Source of the DNA: Candidatus Latescibacterota bacterium
GTDB lineage: Bacteria; Latescibacterota; UBA2968
Reading direction: 5' to 3'
NCBI GenBank assembly: GCA_965204375.1
Contig: OZ241986.1
Coordinates: forward strand, 1,408,001-1,472,000
DNA: 64,000 bases
The notes beneath the pieces were generated by a model. The model did not search any database and was not told the DNA's origin. It saw only the letters and a list, made by a program, of their open reading frames with translations. Position numbers and translations under genes: made by a program. Shown piece after piece: positions 49,209-58,999 of this stretch. Position 1 is the stretch's first letter. Every line of letters starts with the position of its first letter.

Positions 49209-49241
49209 CTTTTCTTGACCGGATCTCTTGATTTTTATATT

Positions 49242-49257
49242 TTTAGCTTTGACTAAA
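49242..49257. promoter_or_regulatory. DtxR/MntR-type operator upstream of the tro operon
   Basis: TTTAG-CTTTGA-CTAAA palindrome (TTAG-N6-CTAA, like MntR boxes). Confidence 0.6.
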
Positions 49258-49326
49258 TTTTATTTTAGCACTAATATAAGAAGTATTGTAGCCCTGTATA
49301 ATGTTAGATATTTTTACGGAGGGTGT

Positions 49327-50241
49327 ATGTACAGATTTTTTATTATGGCTGGCGTTTTGTTGCTGTGTGCGTGTGGCGGTGGCAAAACGCCGCTGGTTGA
49401 AGAAAATAAAAAGCTGGTGGTGTGTACGACCGGGATGGTCGGCGATCTGGTGCGCCATGTTGCGGGGGATCGCGCAGAGGTGTTTTCCCTGATGGGACCT
49501 GGTATTGATCCGCATTATTACAAAGCGACGCAGGGCGATTTGCAGAAGCTATCTCGAGCAGATGTGATATTTTACAATGGTCTCTTTCTGGAAGGCAAGC
49601 TGGAAGGTATTTTTGAAAAGATGGCGCGCAGCAAGACGGTGATTCCCGTATCGCGGGATATTTCCAAAGATAGGTTGCGCAAACCGGTTGCTGGACAAGG
49701 AGAGCACGACCCGCATATCTGGTTTGACGTCGGCATGTGGGCAGAAACCCTGCCTGTGGTTGTTCAGGCACTGATCGGGATTGACGCCGATGGTGCAGAT
49801 GTATTTCGCGCCAATGCAGAGGCGTATCGCAAGCAATTGTTCGATCTCGACGCCTGGGCAAAAGCGCAGATTGCACGTATTCCCAGCGACCAGCGCGTGT
49901 TGATTACAGCACATGACGCCTTTGGATATTTTGGTCTTGCTTACGGCATTGAAGTACGCGGGCTTCAGGGGATTTCGACTGTGGCGGAATACGGCGTCAA
50001 CGATGTGTCGATGCTGGTGGATTTTATAGTCAAACGGCAGGTAAAAGCCATTTTTGTGGAAAGCAGTGTGCCCGAGCACTCGATCAATGCCGTGCGCGAG
50101 GGGTGTAAAGCGAGAGGATGGGATGTCGCAATTGGCGGTACGCTGTATTCCGACGCGATGGGACCCACGGGCAGTGGGGCCGATACGTACATCGGTATGA
50201 TGAGGTCAAATGTGAACACAATTGTCGAGGCATTAAGATAA
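49327..50241 (+). CDS. troA: Mn/Fe/Zn ABC transporter substrate-binding lipoprotein (TroA)
   Basis: Lipobox LCAC, DPHYY, DPHIW, HDAFGYF, LYSDAMG. Confidence 0.92.
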   Translation: MYRFFIMAGVLLLCACGGGKTPLVEENKKLVVCTTGMVGDLVRHVAGDRAEVFSLMGPGIDPHYYKATQGDLQKLSRADVIFYNGLFLEGKLEGIFEKMARSKTVIPVSRDISKDRLRKPVAGQGEHDPHIWFDVGMWAETLPVVVQALIGIDADGADVFRANAEAYRKQLFDLDAWAKAQIARIPSDQRVLITAHDAFGYFGLAYGIEVRGLQGISTVAEYGVNDVSMLVDFIVKRQVKAIFVESSVPEHSINAVREGCKARGWDVAIGGTLYSDAMGPTGSGADTYIGMMRSNVNTIVEALR

Positions 50242-51026
50242 TGTTACACGCAGTTGATGAATCGGTGACGCCCATTCATATTCACGATATGACGGTGGCG
50301 TATCACAAGAAACCCGTTCTTTGGGATGTCGATCTCGCGGTGCCAGAAGGCAAACTCGTGGGGGTTGTGGGTCCAAATGGCGCGGGCAAGAGCACGATGA
50401 TCAAAGCCATTATGGATCTCGTGCCCAAGGCTTCGGGGTGGGTCCGCATCTACGGCAAACCCTATTCGCGCATGCGTCAGGCCATTGGCTATGTGCCACA
50501 ACGCGAGTCAGTGGATTGGGATTTTCCCATCAATGCCTTAGATGTGGTGCTGATGGGGCGTTATGGCCACGTTGGTTGGGTGAGGCGTCCGGATAAAATT
50601 GACAGAGAACTGGCTGAGGATGCACTCGAAAAGGTCGGTATGACCGATTTTGGGCATCGGCAGATCAATCAGCTTTCGGGGGGCCAACAACAGCGGGTTT
50701 TCCTGGCACGCGCTCTGGCTCAAGATGCACAAATTTATTTGATGGACGAACCCTTTGCTGGCGTGGATGCGGCGACCGAACGCGCCATTATAGATATTTT
50801 GATGGATTTGAGGGCGCGAAAAAAGACCATGCTGGTTGTACATCACGATTTGCACACGGTGAATCAGTATTTTGACTGGCTGGTTTTGATCAATATGCGG
50901 ATCGTTGCCGCGGGTGAGACGAAAGGTGTGTTCACAGAAGATAATTTGAACAAAACTTACGGCGGACGGTTGACGGTGCTTTCCGAAGCCGCACAGGCTG
51001 TTGCCCATCACCAGCGGGGCTTATGA
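50241..51026 (+). CDS. troB: Metal ABC transporter ATPase (TroB)
   Basis: GPNGAGKS, YVPQRESVDWDFP, LSGGQQQR, MDEP, HHD. Confidence 0.95.
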   Translation: MLHAVDESVTPIHIHDMTVAYHKKPVLWDVDLAVPEGKLVGVVGPNGAGKSTMIKAIMDLVPKASGWVRIYGKPYSRMRQAIGYVPQRESVDWDFPINALDVVLMGRYGHVGWVRRPDKIDRELAEDALEKVGMTDFGHRQINQLSGGQQQRVFLARALAQDAQIYLMDEPFAGVDAATERAIIDILMDLRARKKTMLVVHHDLHTVNQYFDWLVLINMRIVAAGETKGVFTEDNLNKTYGGRLTVLSEAAQAVAHHQRGL

Positions 51027-51027
51027 G

Positions 51028-52314
51028 GTGATTTGGGACGCGACATTTCAACTGGTTTTGCTCGGTGCGCTATTGATCGGAGCAACATCGGGCACACTGG
51101 GCGCATTTGCCGTGTTGCGCCGACGCAGCCTGTTGGGCGATGCGCTGGCACATGCAGCACTTCCGGGCGTTGCGCTGGCATTTCTGTGGACACAGAGCAA
51201 GGCATTGCCCGTTCTGCTTTTGGGCGCAACTGTTTCCGGTGTGGTGGGCGTGCTTATTATTGAGGCCATTGTCAATTACACGCGCATCAAAGCAGACACC
51301 GCGCTGGGCATTGTGCTTTCAGTATTTTTTGGCGGGGGTATTGTGTTGCTCACGCATATTCAGCAAAGCGAGGTGGGCAATCAAAGTGGTCTGGATAAAT
51401 TTCTTTTTGGACAGGCGGCTTCCATCGTGCGCGCTGATCTGTATGTGATGTGCATTGTATCTGTACTGGTTATGATTGCTGTTTTTCTTTTTTACAAGGA
51501 GTTTAAGGGGCTTATTTTTGATGCGGAATTTCTCTCTGCACTGGGATTTTCCCAGCGTGTGGTCGATCTTTTGTTGATGGGGTTGATCGTACTTACTGTA
51601 ATGGTGGGACTTCAGGCTGTGGGGGTTATTCTCATTGCTGCGATGTTGATTACCCCGGCTGCTGCTGCGCGGTTTTGGACAGATCGGTTGCATGTGATGG
51701 TGCTGGTGTCGGGCATTTTGGGTGCGTTATGCGGCGCGCTGGGCGTTGGCCTGAGTGCACTGGCACCCCGAATCCCAACGGGACCGGTGATGGTGCTGGT
51801 CGCAACGGCTGCATTTCTCGTCTCCGTGCTGATTGCCCCCAGGCGCGGGGTACTCGCCAGGAAGATGCGGCTCAGGGCAAACGCGTTGCGGGAGAATGGT
51901 CAGCATTTTTTGCGGGCATATCTCGCATTGCAGACACAAGACAAGCAGGAAGTTGTGCTGGCGGACCTCGCCGGCGAGCTTCATTTGCCGCTTTACCGCG
52001 TGCGTCGGCTTGCAAAACGTCTCGCACGCGATGGGTGGGTAAGCCTGCACAATGGTGCGTGTTCTTTGACGGAATTGGGACACAAAGAGGCGGATTTTGT
52101 GGTCAAATCCCATCAGCTATGGGAATATTATCTGGTTTATCGGTCTATTTTGGAGGAGGATCACGTCGATAGACCCGCCGATGAGGTCGAGCACATTTTA
52201 ACGCCTGAGATTATTGAACAGCTCGAAACAATTCTGGCAGAAGAAGATATAGATATTGTTGGAGATATTCACAAAGCGCACAGTGGCTATCGGAGGACCG
52301 GCGAAGATGAGTGA
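51028..52314 (+). CDS. troC: Metal ABC permease (TroC) with a C-terminal DtxR-like HTH/dimerisation domain
   Basis: SLLGDALAHAALPG; C-terminus LTELG...HQLWEYYL...ADEVEHIL. Confidence 0.9.
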   Translation: MIWDATFQLVLLGALLIGATSGTLGAFAVLRRRSLLGDALAHAALPGVALAFLWTQSKALPVLLLGATVSGVVGVLIIEAIVNYTRIKADTALGIVLSVFFGGGIVLLTHIQQSEVGNQSGLDKFLFGQAASIVRADLYVMCIVSVLVMIAVFLFYKEFKGLIFDAEFLSALGFSQRVVDLLLMGLIVLTVMVGLQAVGVILIAAMLITPAAAARFWTDRLHVMVLVSGILGALCGALGVGLSALAPRIPTGPVMVLVATAAFLVSVLIAPRRGVLARKMRLRANALRENGQHFLRAYLALQTQDKQEVVLADLAGELHLPLYRVRRLAKRLARDGWVSLHNGACSLTELGHKEADFVVKSHQLWEYYLVYRSILEEDHVDRPADEVEHILTPEIIEQLETILAEEDIDIVGDIHKAHSGYRRTGEDE

Positions 52315-53581
52315 GTTCTGGGGACCATTTTGGATTGTGCTGGCAGGTGCGCTGGCAGGTGCGTCGTGCGGTCTGTTGGGCGCGTATCTCGTGTTGCGCA
52401 AGATGTCGCTTTTGGGCGATGCCCTGAGCCATGCTGTTTTGCCGGGCATTGTTATTGCGTTTCTACTTTCGGGCAGCCGCGATGTGATTCCGATGTTTAT
52501 TGGTGCTGCTATATGTGGGGTGATTGCCACAGTGTTAATTGAGACATTTCACCGCAGGTGGCGCGTGCAAGAAGACTCGTCGATAGGCATTGCTTTTACA
52601 GCACTTTTCGCACTGGGGGTTGTTTTGATCACGGCATTTGCCGGGCAGGTCGATCTCGATCAGGAATGCGTCCTTTACGGAGAGATCGCGTACACGCCGT
52701 GGGACCGTCTGTTCTGGGGAGAATGGGATTTGGGACCGCGCCCGATATGGATTCTCGGAACGGTATTCGTGCTTAATCTCGCATTTGTTCTGGTGTTTTA
52801 CAAAGAGCTTTTGATCGCGTCTTTCGACGCCGAGATGGCACTTTCTGTGGGCGTGAGTGCTGCGCTGGTGCATTATATGCTGATGGGAGCCGTTTCTGTG
52901 ACAACGGTGGCTGCATTCGAGTCCGTGGGGGCTATTCTCGTCGTGGCGATGCTGATTGTTCCCGGTGCTTCGGCTTATTTGTGGAGCGATCGGTTAAAAG
53001 TCATTTTGATGCTGTCTGCGCTGATGGGCGTTGTTTCCGCAACAGCCGGATATTTCCTCGCAGGGGTTTGGAATAGTTCTATTGCCGGGGCTATGGTTGT
53101 GGTTATGGGTGCGCTGTTCGCGTTTTCCCTGATTTTTGCACCACACTATGGGGTGTTGGGGCGATTTGTGCGGCAGGCACGACTCTCTCTGAGGGTTGCG
53201 CGAGATCACGTCTTGCTGAAGTTGCTCCGCGAGCAGGAGTCACAGCGCGTCTCTGCGCTCAGTTGGGGCGACCTGGTCGATACGGCTGCGCGTTGGGTGT
53301 CTGGTATTGCGATTCGGTCGTTGATGTGGCAAGGGCTAATCACGCGGGAAAATGGACATTTTGCACTCGGGGAACAGGGCGTTATACACGCGACCAGATT
53401 GCTCCGCAATCACAGGCTTTGGGAGTCCTACTTGAACCAAATAGGGCTTCCGCCAGATCATGTACACGACCCCGCCGACGCGCTGGAACACTTTACGGAT
53501 GACCATTTGCGGGAAGAAATTCGAGCGGCATTGCCCAATATCGCAATTGATCCGCAGGGCAAGCGCATTCCCGATGGATAG
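52307..53581 (+). CDS. troD: Metal ABC permease (TroD) with a C-terminal DtxR-like domain
   Basis: SLLGDALSHAVLPG, FESVG; C-terminus RNHRLWESYL...ADALEH...DPQGKRIP. Confidence 0.9.
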   Translation: MSEFWGPFWIVLAGALAGASCGLLGAYLVLRKMSLLGDALSHAVLPGIVIAFLLSGSRDVIPMFIGAAICGVIATVLIETFHRRWRVQEDSSIGIAFTALFALGVVLITAFAGQVDLDQECVLYGEIAYTPWDRLFWGEWDLGPRPIWILGTVFVLNLAFVLVFYKELLIASFDAEMALSVGVSAALVHYMLMGAVSVTTVAAFESVGAILVVAMLIVPGASAYLWSDRLKVILMLSALMGVVSATAGYFLAGVWNSSIAGAMVVVMGALFAFSLIFAPHYGVLGRFVRQARLSLRVARDHVLLKLLREQESQRVSALSWGDLVDTAARWVSGIAIRSLMWQGLITRENGHFALGEQGVIHATRLLRNHRLWESYLNQIGLPPDHVHDPADALEHFTDDHLREEIRAALPNIAIDPQGKRIPDG

Positions 53582-53644
53582 GATATGCTTGCTTGTATGT
53601 GAGGTTTATCTTACTTTCTTTGATAGCTATTTGGGGGACGGACA

Positions 53645-54322
53645 ATGATTAGTCAATCGTCACAGGATTATTTGAAAACGATCTATAAGCTGACACACGG
53701 GCAGAACCCCGTCGCATCTGTGACGACTTCTCTCATTGCAGAGCACAGGGCGGTTGCACCTGCTTCGGTCACCAATATGCTCAAGAAACTCGCGGCGATG
53801 AAATTGGTGGAACACACGCCTTATCAGGGCGTTGTACTCACATCGACGGGAAAACGCATTGCGCTTGAGGTCCTTCGCCACCACCGTTTGCTCGAGCTAT
53901 ATTTGTCAGAGGTACTGGGATTTGATCTGGATAAGGTCGATGAAGAGGCGGATCGGTTAGAGCATGTGATTTCCGAGGAGTTTGAAGATAAAATTGATCG
54001 AATGCTGGGGTATCCAACAGTCGATCCCCACGGCGCGCCAATTCCGCGCAAAGATGGTTCGATAGAATACGACCATTATCTGTGTCTGGCAGATATTTCA
54101 GCAGGTGAAAATGTACGCGTCAGACAGGTGAGTGATCAAAGCGCAGAGATGTTGCGCTATATGGCGACGATGGGTATTAAACCCAATGTCGAGATCGAGG
54201 TGGTGGGGCGCGCGCCTTTTAACGGCCCGCTGGAAATTGTGGTCAATGGCGAGGCCAGGTATTCGCTCGGGCTTGAAGTGGCCGCACATATTTATGTTTC
54301 ATCATTGGGGGAAGATGGCTGA
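53645..54322 (+). CDS. DtxR/TroR/MntR repressor with a C-terminal FeoA/SH3 domain
   Basis: QDYLKTIY, SVTNMLKKL, RHHRLLELYL, EADRLEHVIS, DPHGAPIP. Confidence 0.93.
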   Translation: MISQSSQDYLKTIYKLTHGQNPVASVTTSLIAEHRAVAPASVTNMLKKLAAMKLVEHTPYQGVVLTSTGKRIALEVLRHHRLLELYLSEVLGFDLDKVDEEADRLEHVISEEFEDKIDRMLGYPTVDPHGAPIPRKDGSIEYDHYLCLADISAGENVRVRQVSDQSAEMLRYMATMGIKPNVEIEVVGRAPFNGPLEIVVNGEARYSLGLEVAAHIYVSSLGEDG

Positions 54323-55940
54323 GATGGGTAGGGTTGTTCTTTTGTTGGCGATTATTTTATTGGCGGGCGGATCCGTGCATGCACAAGTTCCGCCCATTTT
54401 TGCGCCCGGGACAGAACTGCACGATATTTATTGCCGTGCATGTGCTCATTTTTTTCCCGAGGTACTGCCCGTTGATAGCGAATTTCGGCTGGATAGAGCT
54501 ACCAGTGGGACATCGGCGATAAGGGGTTTGACCGCGAATTGGGATCGTTTGCCTCCCGCTGCAAAGGAGGCATTTGCTTTTCTTCTGCAGCGTCCCATCC
54601 TGAGTCATTCAATACTGTCTCCGAGAGGACGTTTCAGAATTCACTATAATACCACGGGGACACACGCCGTTGCTCCAACAGACGCAGATGCCAATGGCGC
54701 GCCGGATTATGTCGATGACACTGCGCGGGTTTTTGAGGCGGTTTGGGACCTGCAGATCAATCAATTGGGTTACAATCCACCTCCATCCGATGGTGATGGT
54801 GTTTACGACATTTATATTAAAAATCTCGCGATTCAGCGGGCTTATGGTTTTACATATCCAATTGAATTTACAGAAGTGACGACGTCGAGTTATATGGAAA
54901 TTGACAATAATTTTACGGATAGTATTTATCCTGTAAGTTCACGCGGATTAAACGGGTTGCGCGTGACGGCTGCACACGAGTTTTTTCACGCGATTCAATT
55001 TGGGTATTATGCCGATTTTGCCGCTGCGTGGTGGCAGGAACTCACGGCGACCTGGATGGAGGACGTGGCCTATCCCGATGTGAATGATTTTTACCAGTAT
55101 ATGAGTTGCCCGAGCAATTTTTCTTGTTTTTACGACGATCCCGAAGCGTCATTGGACAAGTTTTCAGGAAGTCTCCATCCTTTTGGTGCGTCGATTTTTG
55201 CCCACCACATCGAGCAGGTTTACGGAGTGGATGCGATCAAAAGCGTTTGGGAGTTGCTACAAAGACGCGATCCGAGCAGATATAGCCTATCGCTTATTGA
55301 TGATGGTATGCCTCTGGGTGGATTTGCACAGGTAATGCCGCGGTTTGCCGCGTGGAATTATTTGACTGATATGCGTGCCCGCCCCGGATATTATGTTGAG
55401 GCGCGCGATTTGCCCTCGATAAAGCATGCCAATATATTCCTCGGCACAGGTGGTTCTTTTGAAGGGTCTGAAACGGTTGATCATTTGGGGACGACGTATT
55501 TGCGCGTGGCAACTTCAAATATCTTTGGCGGGCTTCGGGGGACATTTGCACTGGACGCTCAGGGACAGTGGGCGTTGCTGGTTATGCTGATCTCTCCGTC
55601 TGGCGTCGAATTATTATACCCACGGGGAACAACAGTAATTATTCCAAGAGCCAATCGTTTTGACGAGGTTGTATTTATTGTGATGGAGACATCGCTTTCA
55701 GGTGAAAGGCGGCGCGTGAATTACACGTTTTCAACTGGCGGAAGTATGGCGACGGATCTCGTATGCGATGTCGATGGTGACGGGCGCGTTGCATTTTCCG
55801 ATTTTCTGCGTTTTGCCGATGGTTTTAAGCTCTTACACACGGATAATAAGTACGATCCGAAATTGGATTTCAATGGGGATGGACCTGTTGATTTCCTGGA
55901 TTTTCTCATTTTTGTTTCCCATTTTGGAGAATCGCGTTAA
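54315..55940 (+). CDS. Secreted zinc metalloprotease (MXAN_6640-like) with a C-terminal twin EF-hand dockerin-like module
   Basis: FRIHY, PDYV, TAAHEFFHAIQ, WQELTATWME; DVDGDGRVAFSDF...DFNGDGPVDFLDF. Start 54315 or 54324. Confidence 0.8.
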   Translation: MAEMGRVVLLLAIILLAGGSVHAQVPPIFAPGTELHDIYCRACAHFFPEVLPVDSEFRLDRATSGTSAIRGLTANWDRLPPAAKEAFAFLLQRPILSHSILSPRGRFRIHYNTTGTHAVAPTDADANGAPDYVDDTARVFEAVWDLQINQLGYNPPPSDGDGVYDIYIKNLAIQRAYGFTYPIEFTEVTTSSYMEIDNNFTDSIYPVSSRGLNGLRVTAAHEFFHAIQFGYYADFAAAWWQELTATWMEDVAYPDVNDFYQYMSCPSNFSCFYDDPEASLDKFSGSLHPFGASIFAHHIEQVYGVDAIKSVWELLQRRDPSRYSLSLIDDGMPLGGFAQVMPRFAAWNYLTDMRARPGYYVEARDLPSIKHANIFLGTGGSFEGSETVDHLGTTYLRVATSNIFGGLRGTFALDAQGQWALLVMLISPSGVELLYPRGTTVIIPRANRFDEVVFIVMETSLSGERRRVNYTFSTGGSMATDLVCDVDGDGRVAFSDFLRFADGFKLLHTDNKYDPKLDFNGDGPVDFLDFLIFVSHFGESR

Positions 55941-55951
55941 GGGAGTACGCT

Positions 55952-56716
55952 GTGATTGTATTGCGAACAGATCGAGAACTGGATTTGATGGTTGAGGCAA
56001 ACCGCATTGTGGGGCTGGTGCATCGCACACTCAAACCGCTTGTCAAGGCGGGAACGACGACCAGAGAACTGGATAGGGTGGCTGAAGATGTAATTCAGTC
56101 GCACGGCGCAGAACCCGCATTTAAGGGCTATAAGGGGTATCCGGCAGCGAGCTGTATTTCAATTAACGAACAGGTCGTACACGGGATTCCCGGAGAGCGA
56201 AAGCTGGTGGATGGCGATATTGTCAGCATTGATATTGGCGTGAAATTGCGTGGCTATTACGGCGATCAGGCGATTACGCGCGTTGTTGGCAATATTTCAG
56301 AGCGGGAGAAAGAATTGCTCAAGGTGACGCGAGAAGCTCTGTTTAAAGGGATTGAGCAAGCGGTTGCCGGAAGACGTCTGAGCGATATTTGCGGTGCGGT
56401 ACAAAATTGGGTTGAGCAATTTGGTTTTTCTGTTGTGCGGCAATTTGTAGGGCATGGGATTGGACGCAGGTTGCACGAAGAACCCGCCGTGCCCAATTAT
56501 GTGCCCCCAGAGCGCAATCCTCGTTTGCGAAAGGGAATGGTGCTCGCCATTGAGCCGATGGTTAATTTGGGAACGCATGAAGTTGTGGTGGCAGATGACG
56601 GGTGGACGGCATCGGCGGCTGATGGGTTGCCTTCGGCGCATTTTGAACATGTGGTGGCAATTACACGTGAAGAACCCAGGATTTTGACGATGTTTGAGGA
56701 AGAGATCGATGCGTAA
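55952..56716 (+). CDS. map: Type I methionine aminopeptidase
   Basis: VVHGIP, DIG...GD, GHGIG..LHEEP, AIEPM, SAHFEH. Confidence 0.96.
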   Translation: MIVLRTDRELDLMVEANRIVGLVHRTLKPLVKAGTTTRELDRVAEDVIQSHGAEPAFKGYKGYPAASCISINEQVVHGIPGERKLVDGDIVSIDIGVKLRGYYGDQAITRVVGNISEREKELLKVTREALFKGIEQAVAGRRLSDICGAVQNWVEQFGFSVVRQFVGHGIGRRLHEEPAVPNYVPPERNPRLRKGMVLAIEPMVNLGTHEVVVADDGWTASAADGLPSAHFEHVVAITREEPRILTMFEEEIDA

Positions 56717-57191
56717 ATCTATTCTCTTATGCGTTCTTATATGGTTGATGTCTTGTAGTCAGCACTATGAGGAAGGGGCGCATCCGCCGCCAAAGCCCCC
56801 ACCTGTTCAAGCCGCAGCGGACAAAGAGGGACCACAGGCATCAGGCGCCGTGGTTTCAGGGACGATTCGACTGGCCGATGGGCTGGGCGAGCGCATTGGG
56901 AGCAATGCCGTGCTATTTGTTATTGCGCGCCCTGCCCCTGTTGGCGGACCACCGCTGGCGGTGAAGCGGCTCGACATTTCCGATTTTCCCTATTCGTACA
57001 CACTGACGCGCGGGGATGCGATGATTGAGATTGACTGGTCTGAGATCGATGCGCTGTACGTTTCTGCAAAAATCGATGCAGACGGACGCGTGGGTGGTTC
57101 AAAGACAGGGGATATGGAGGGGATTTATTCGCAAAATCCCGTTGCGCCCGGGGCCGTGGATGTGGACATTTTGATCGATACGGTGCATTGA
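56709..57191 (+). CDS. Lipoprotein resembling the C-terminal Ig-like domain of CcmI/CycH
   Basis: Lipobox LMSC; VLFVIAR...GPPLAVKR...FPYSYTL...DAM...SAKID..G....GD. Confidence 0.65.
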   Translation: MRKSILLCVLIWLMSCSQHYEEGAHPPPKPPPVQAAADKEGPQASGAVVSGTIRLADGLGERIGSNAVLFVIARPAPVGGPPLAVKRLDISDFPYSYTLTRGDAMIEIDWSEIDALYVSAKIDADGRVGGSKTGDMEGIYSQNPVAPGAVDVDILIDTVH

Positions 57192-57193
57192 TT

Positions 57194-58936
57194 ATGAGCT
57201 ATACGGTGATTCACGCGACACACGAAGCGGTTCGCAAGGCCGGTGGTATTGGGGCTGTACTCGAGGGCTTGATGACCTCTTCTGTGTACCAAGAAGCCGT
57301 GAGGCGATCTTTTCTCGTCGGCCCGCTTTTGCGCCCAGAAGAAGAAGATTTCCTTGAGGAAAGCGGAGAGGTAATTTTTTCGACTATTTCCGGCGTGCAA
57401 AATGCGGATTGTGCCGACGCGCTCAATCGCGTCGCAGAGCGGTACAATGTCAATATCGTTTATGGGATGCGCCAATTCACAGGTGGATACGAAGCCGATG
57501 TGTTGCTCGTCGATGCTGAAGATATCAACCCTCGACGGTCCCGCAATTTTAAGTACAATCTCTACCGGCATTTTGGCCTTACATCTGACAGATACGATAC
57601 GATCGCGGATTACGCGCTTTATATCGATAGTGCGGAAGCTATTTACGACGCTGTTGTCGCGCTTATCGGAAAGGATTCCGGCCCACATATTGTGCTGGCC
57701 CATGAGTATATGGGCATGCCTGTCGCACTCAAGGCTATTACGGAGAATGATCCGCGCTTTCGGGCGATTTTTTACGCCCATGAAGTTTCAGCGATGCGCG
57801 AGATCACTGAGGGCAACCCAGGACACGATGTGATGTTTTACAACGCGATGGCGCGAGCACTTGCACAGGGCGAAGTGGTTGAGGATATATTTGGAGATCA
57901 GTCCGATTATTATCGGCACGCGCTGGTCCAACTGGCGTCGCACTGCGATGGTATTTTTGCCGTGGGCGACCCGACGCTCGATGAGCTTCGGTTTATGGGG
58001 CTTGAAGCGCAGGCGATAGACCTGGTGTACAATGGTATTCCCGCTGTGCAGATTTCTTATGCAGAGAAATTACAGTCTCGCTCACGTTTACAGGAGTATG
58101 CACAAAATTTGCTCGGATATGAGCCAGATGTGGTGGTGACTCATGTTACGCGCCCGGTGATTAGCAAAGGGCTGTGGCGCGATTTGCTCGTATTGTCGCA
58201 TCTCGATAGACTGTTGGGGGACAAAGGGCAAACGGGTGTGTTTTTTGTGCTTACAACGGCTGCGGAACAGCGCAGTGCGCGAGATATCGAGATTATGGAG
58301 TCCGAATATGGATGGCCGGTTGTACACCATAAAGGACCACCCGATCTGGTTTCAAATGAGGTGGATATCTGGCGGGATATAGAAGCGTTTAACCGCGCGG
58401 CTGTGGCCGTTCAAGCCATTTTAGTCAACCAGTTTGGATGGGATCGGGCGAGTTGCGGACAGCGCATGCCGCAAGATATGGCGTTTGCGGATTTGCGCCG
58501 GGGCACGGATATCGAATTTGGACAATCAATTTACGAGCCGTTTGGCATTGCCGTGCTCGAACCGCTGACTTTTGGCGGGCTTTGTGTGCCGAGTAGTGTG
58601 TGCGGGTGTTGCGGATTTTTGGGGCGCGTGACAAAAGAACAGGCCGATCCTCTCGTCATCGTGGCAGATTATACGGCAGATGTCGCATTGGAGAGTGCTG
58701 CGTCTGCACGCGCAATAGGAGAGTATGAACGTCGTATCCAGGAAGGCAAAGTGGCAGAAAAAGTTGCGTGGAATATCGCAGATGCGTTGCCATCATCGGA
58801 TAGAGAACGCGAGGCGCGATTGCATTCGGGTTACAGATTAGCCACACAAATGAGCTGGGATCGCGTGTGCGAAGCATTTTTTTTACCGGGCATAGAACGC
58901 GCGATTTCCCGTGGTCGAGTACAACGAAACGTTTGA
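57194..58936 (+). CDS. GT-B glycosyltransferase, glycogen synthase (GT3)-like
   Basis: HEAVRKAGGIGAV (KxGG), AHEY, VYNG, YEPFGIAVLE (E-x7-E). Confidence 0.65.
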   Translation: MSYTVIHATHEAVRKAGGIGAVLEGLMTSSVYQEAVRRSFLVGPLLRPEEEDFLEESGEVIFSTISGVQNADCADALNRVAERYNVNIVYGMRQFTGGYEADVLLVDAEDINPRRSRNFKYNLYRHFGLTSDRYDTIADYALYIDSAEAIYDAVVALIGKDSGPHIVLAHEYMGMPVALKAITENDPRFRAIFYAHEVSAMREITEGNPGHDVMFYNAMARALAQGEVVEDIFGDQSDYYRHALVQLASHCDGIFAVGDPTLDELRFMGLEAQAIDLVYNGIPAVQISYAEKLQSRSRLQEYAQNLLGYEPDVVVTHVTRPVISKGLWRDLLVLSHLDRLLGDKGQTGVFFVLTTAAEQRSARDIEIMESEYGWPVVHHKGPPDLVSNEVDIWRDIEAFNRAAVAVQAILVNQFGWDRASCGQRMPQDMAFADLRRGTDIEFGQSIYEPFGIAVLEPLTFGGLCVPSSVCGCCGFLGRVTKEQADPLVIVADYTADVALESAASARAIGEYERRIQEGKVAEKVAWNIADALPSSDREREARLHSGYRLATQMSWDRVCEAFFLPGIERAISRGRVQRNV

Positions 58937-58999
58937 CGCTTTGAAGCGTGTAAAGGGCTATTATAGTCAGCTATTTTTACCCATTGAGTGATGATTATG

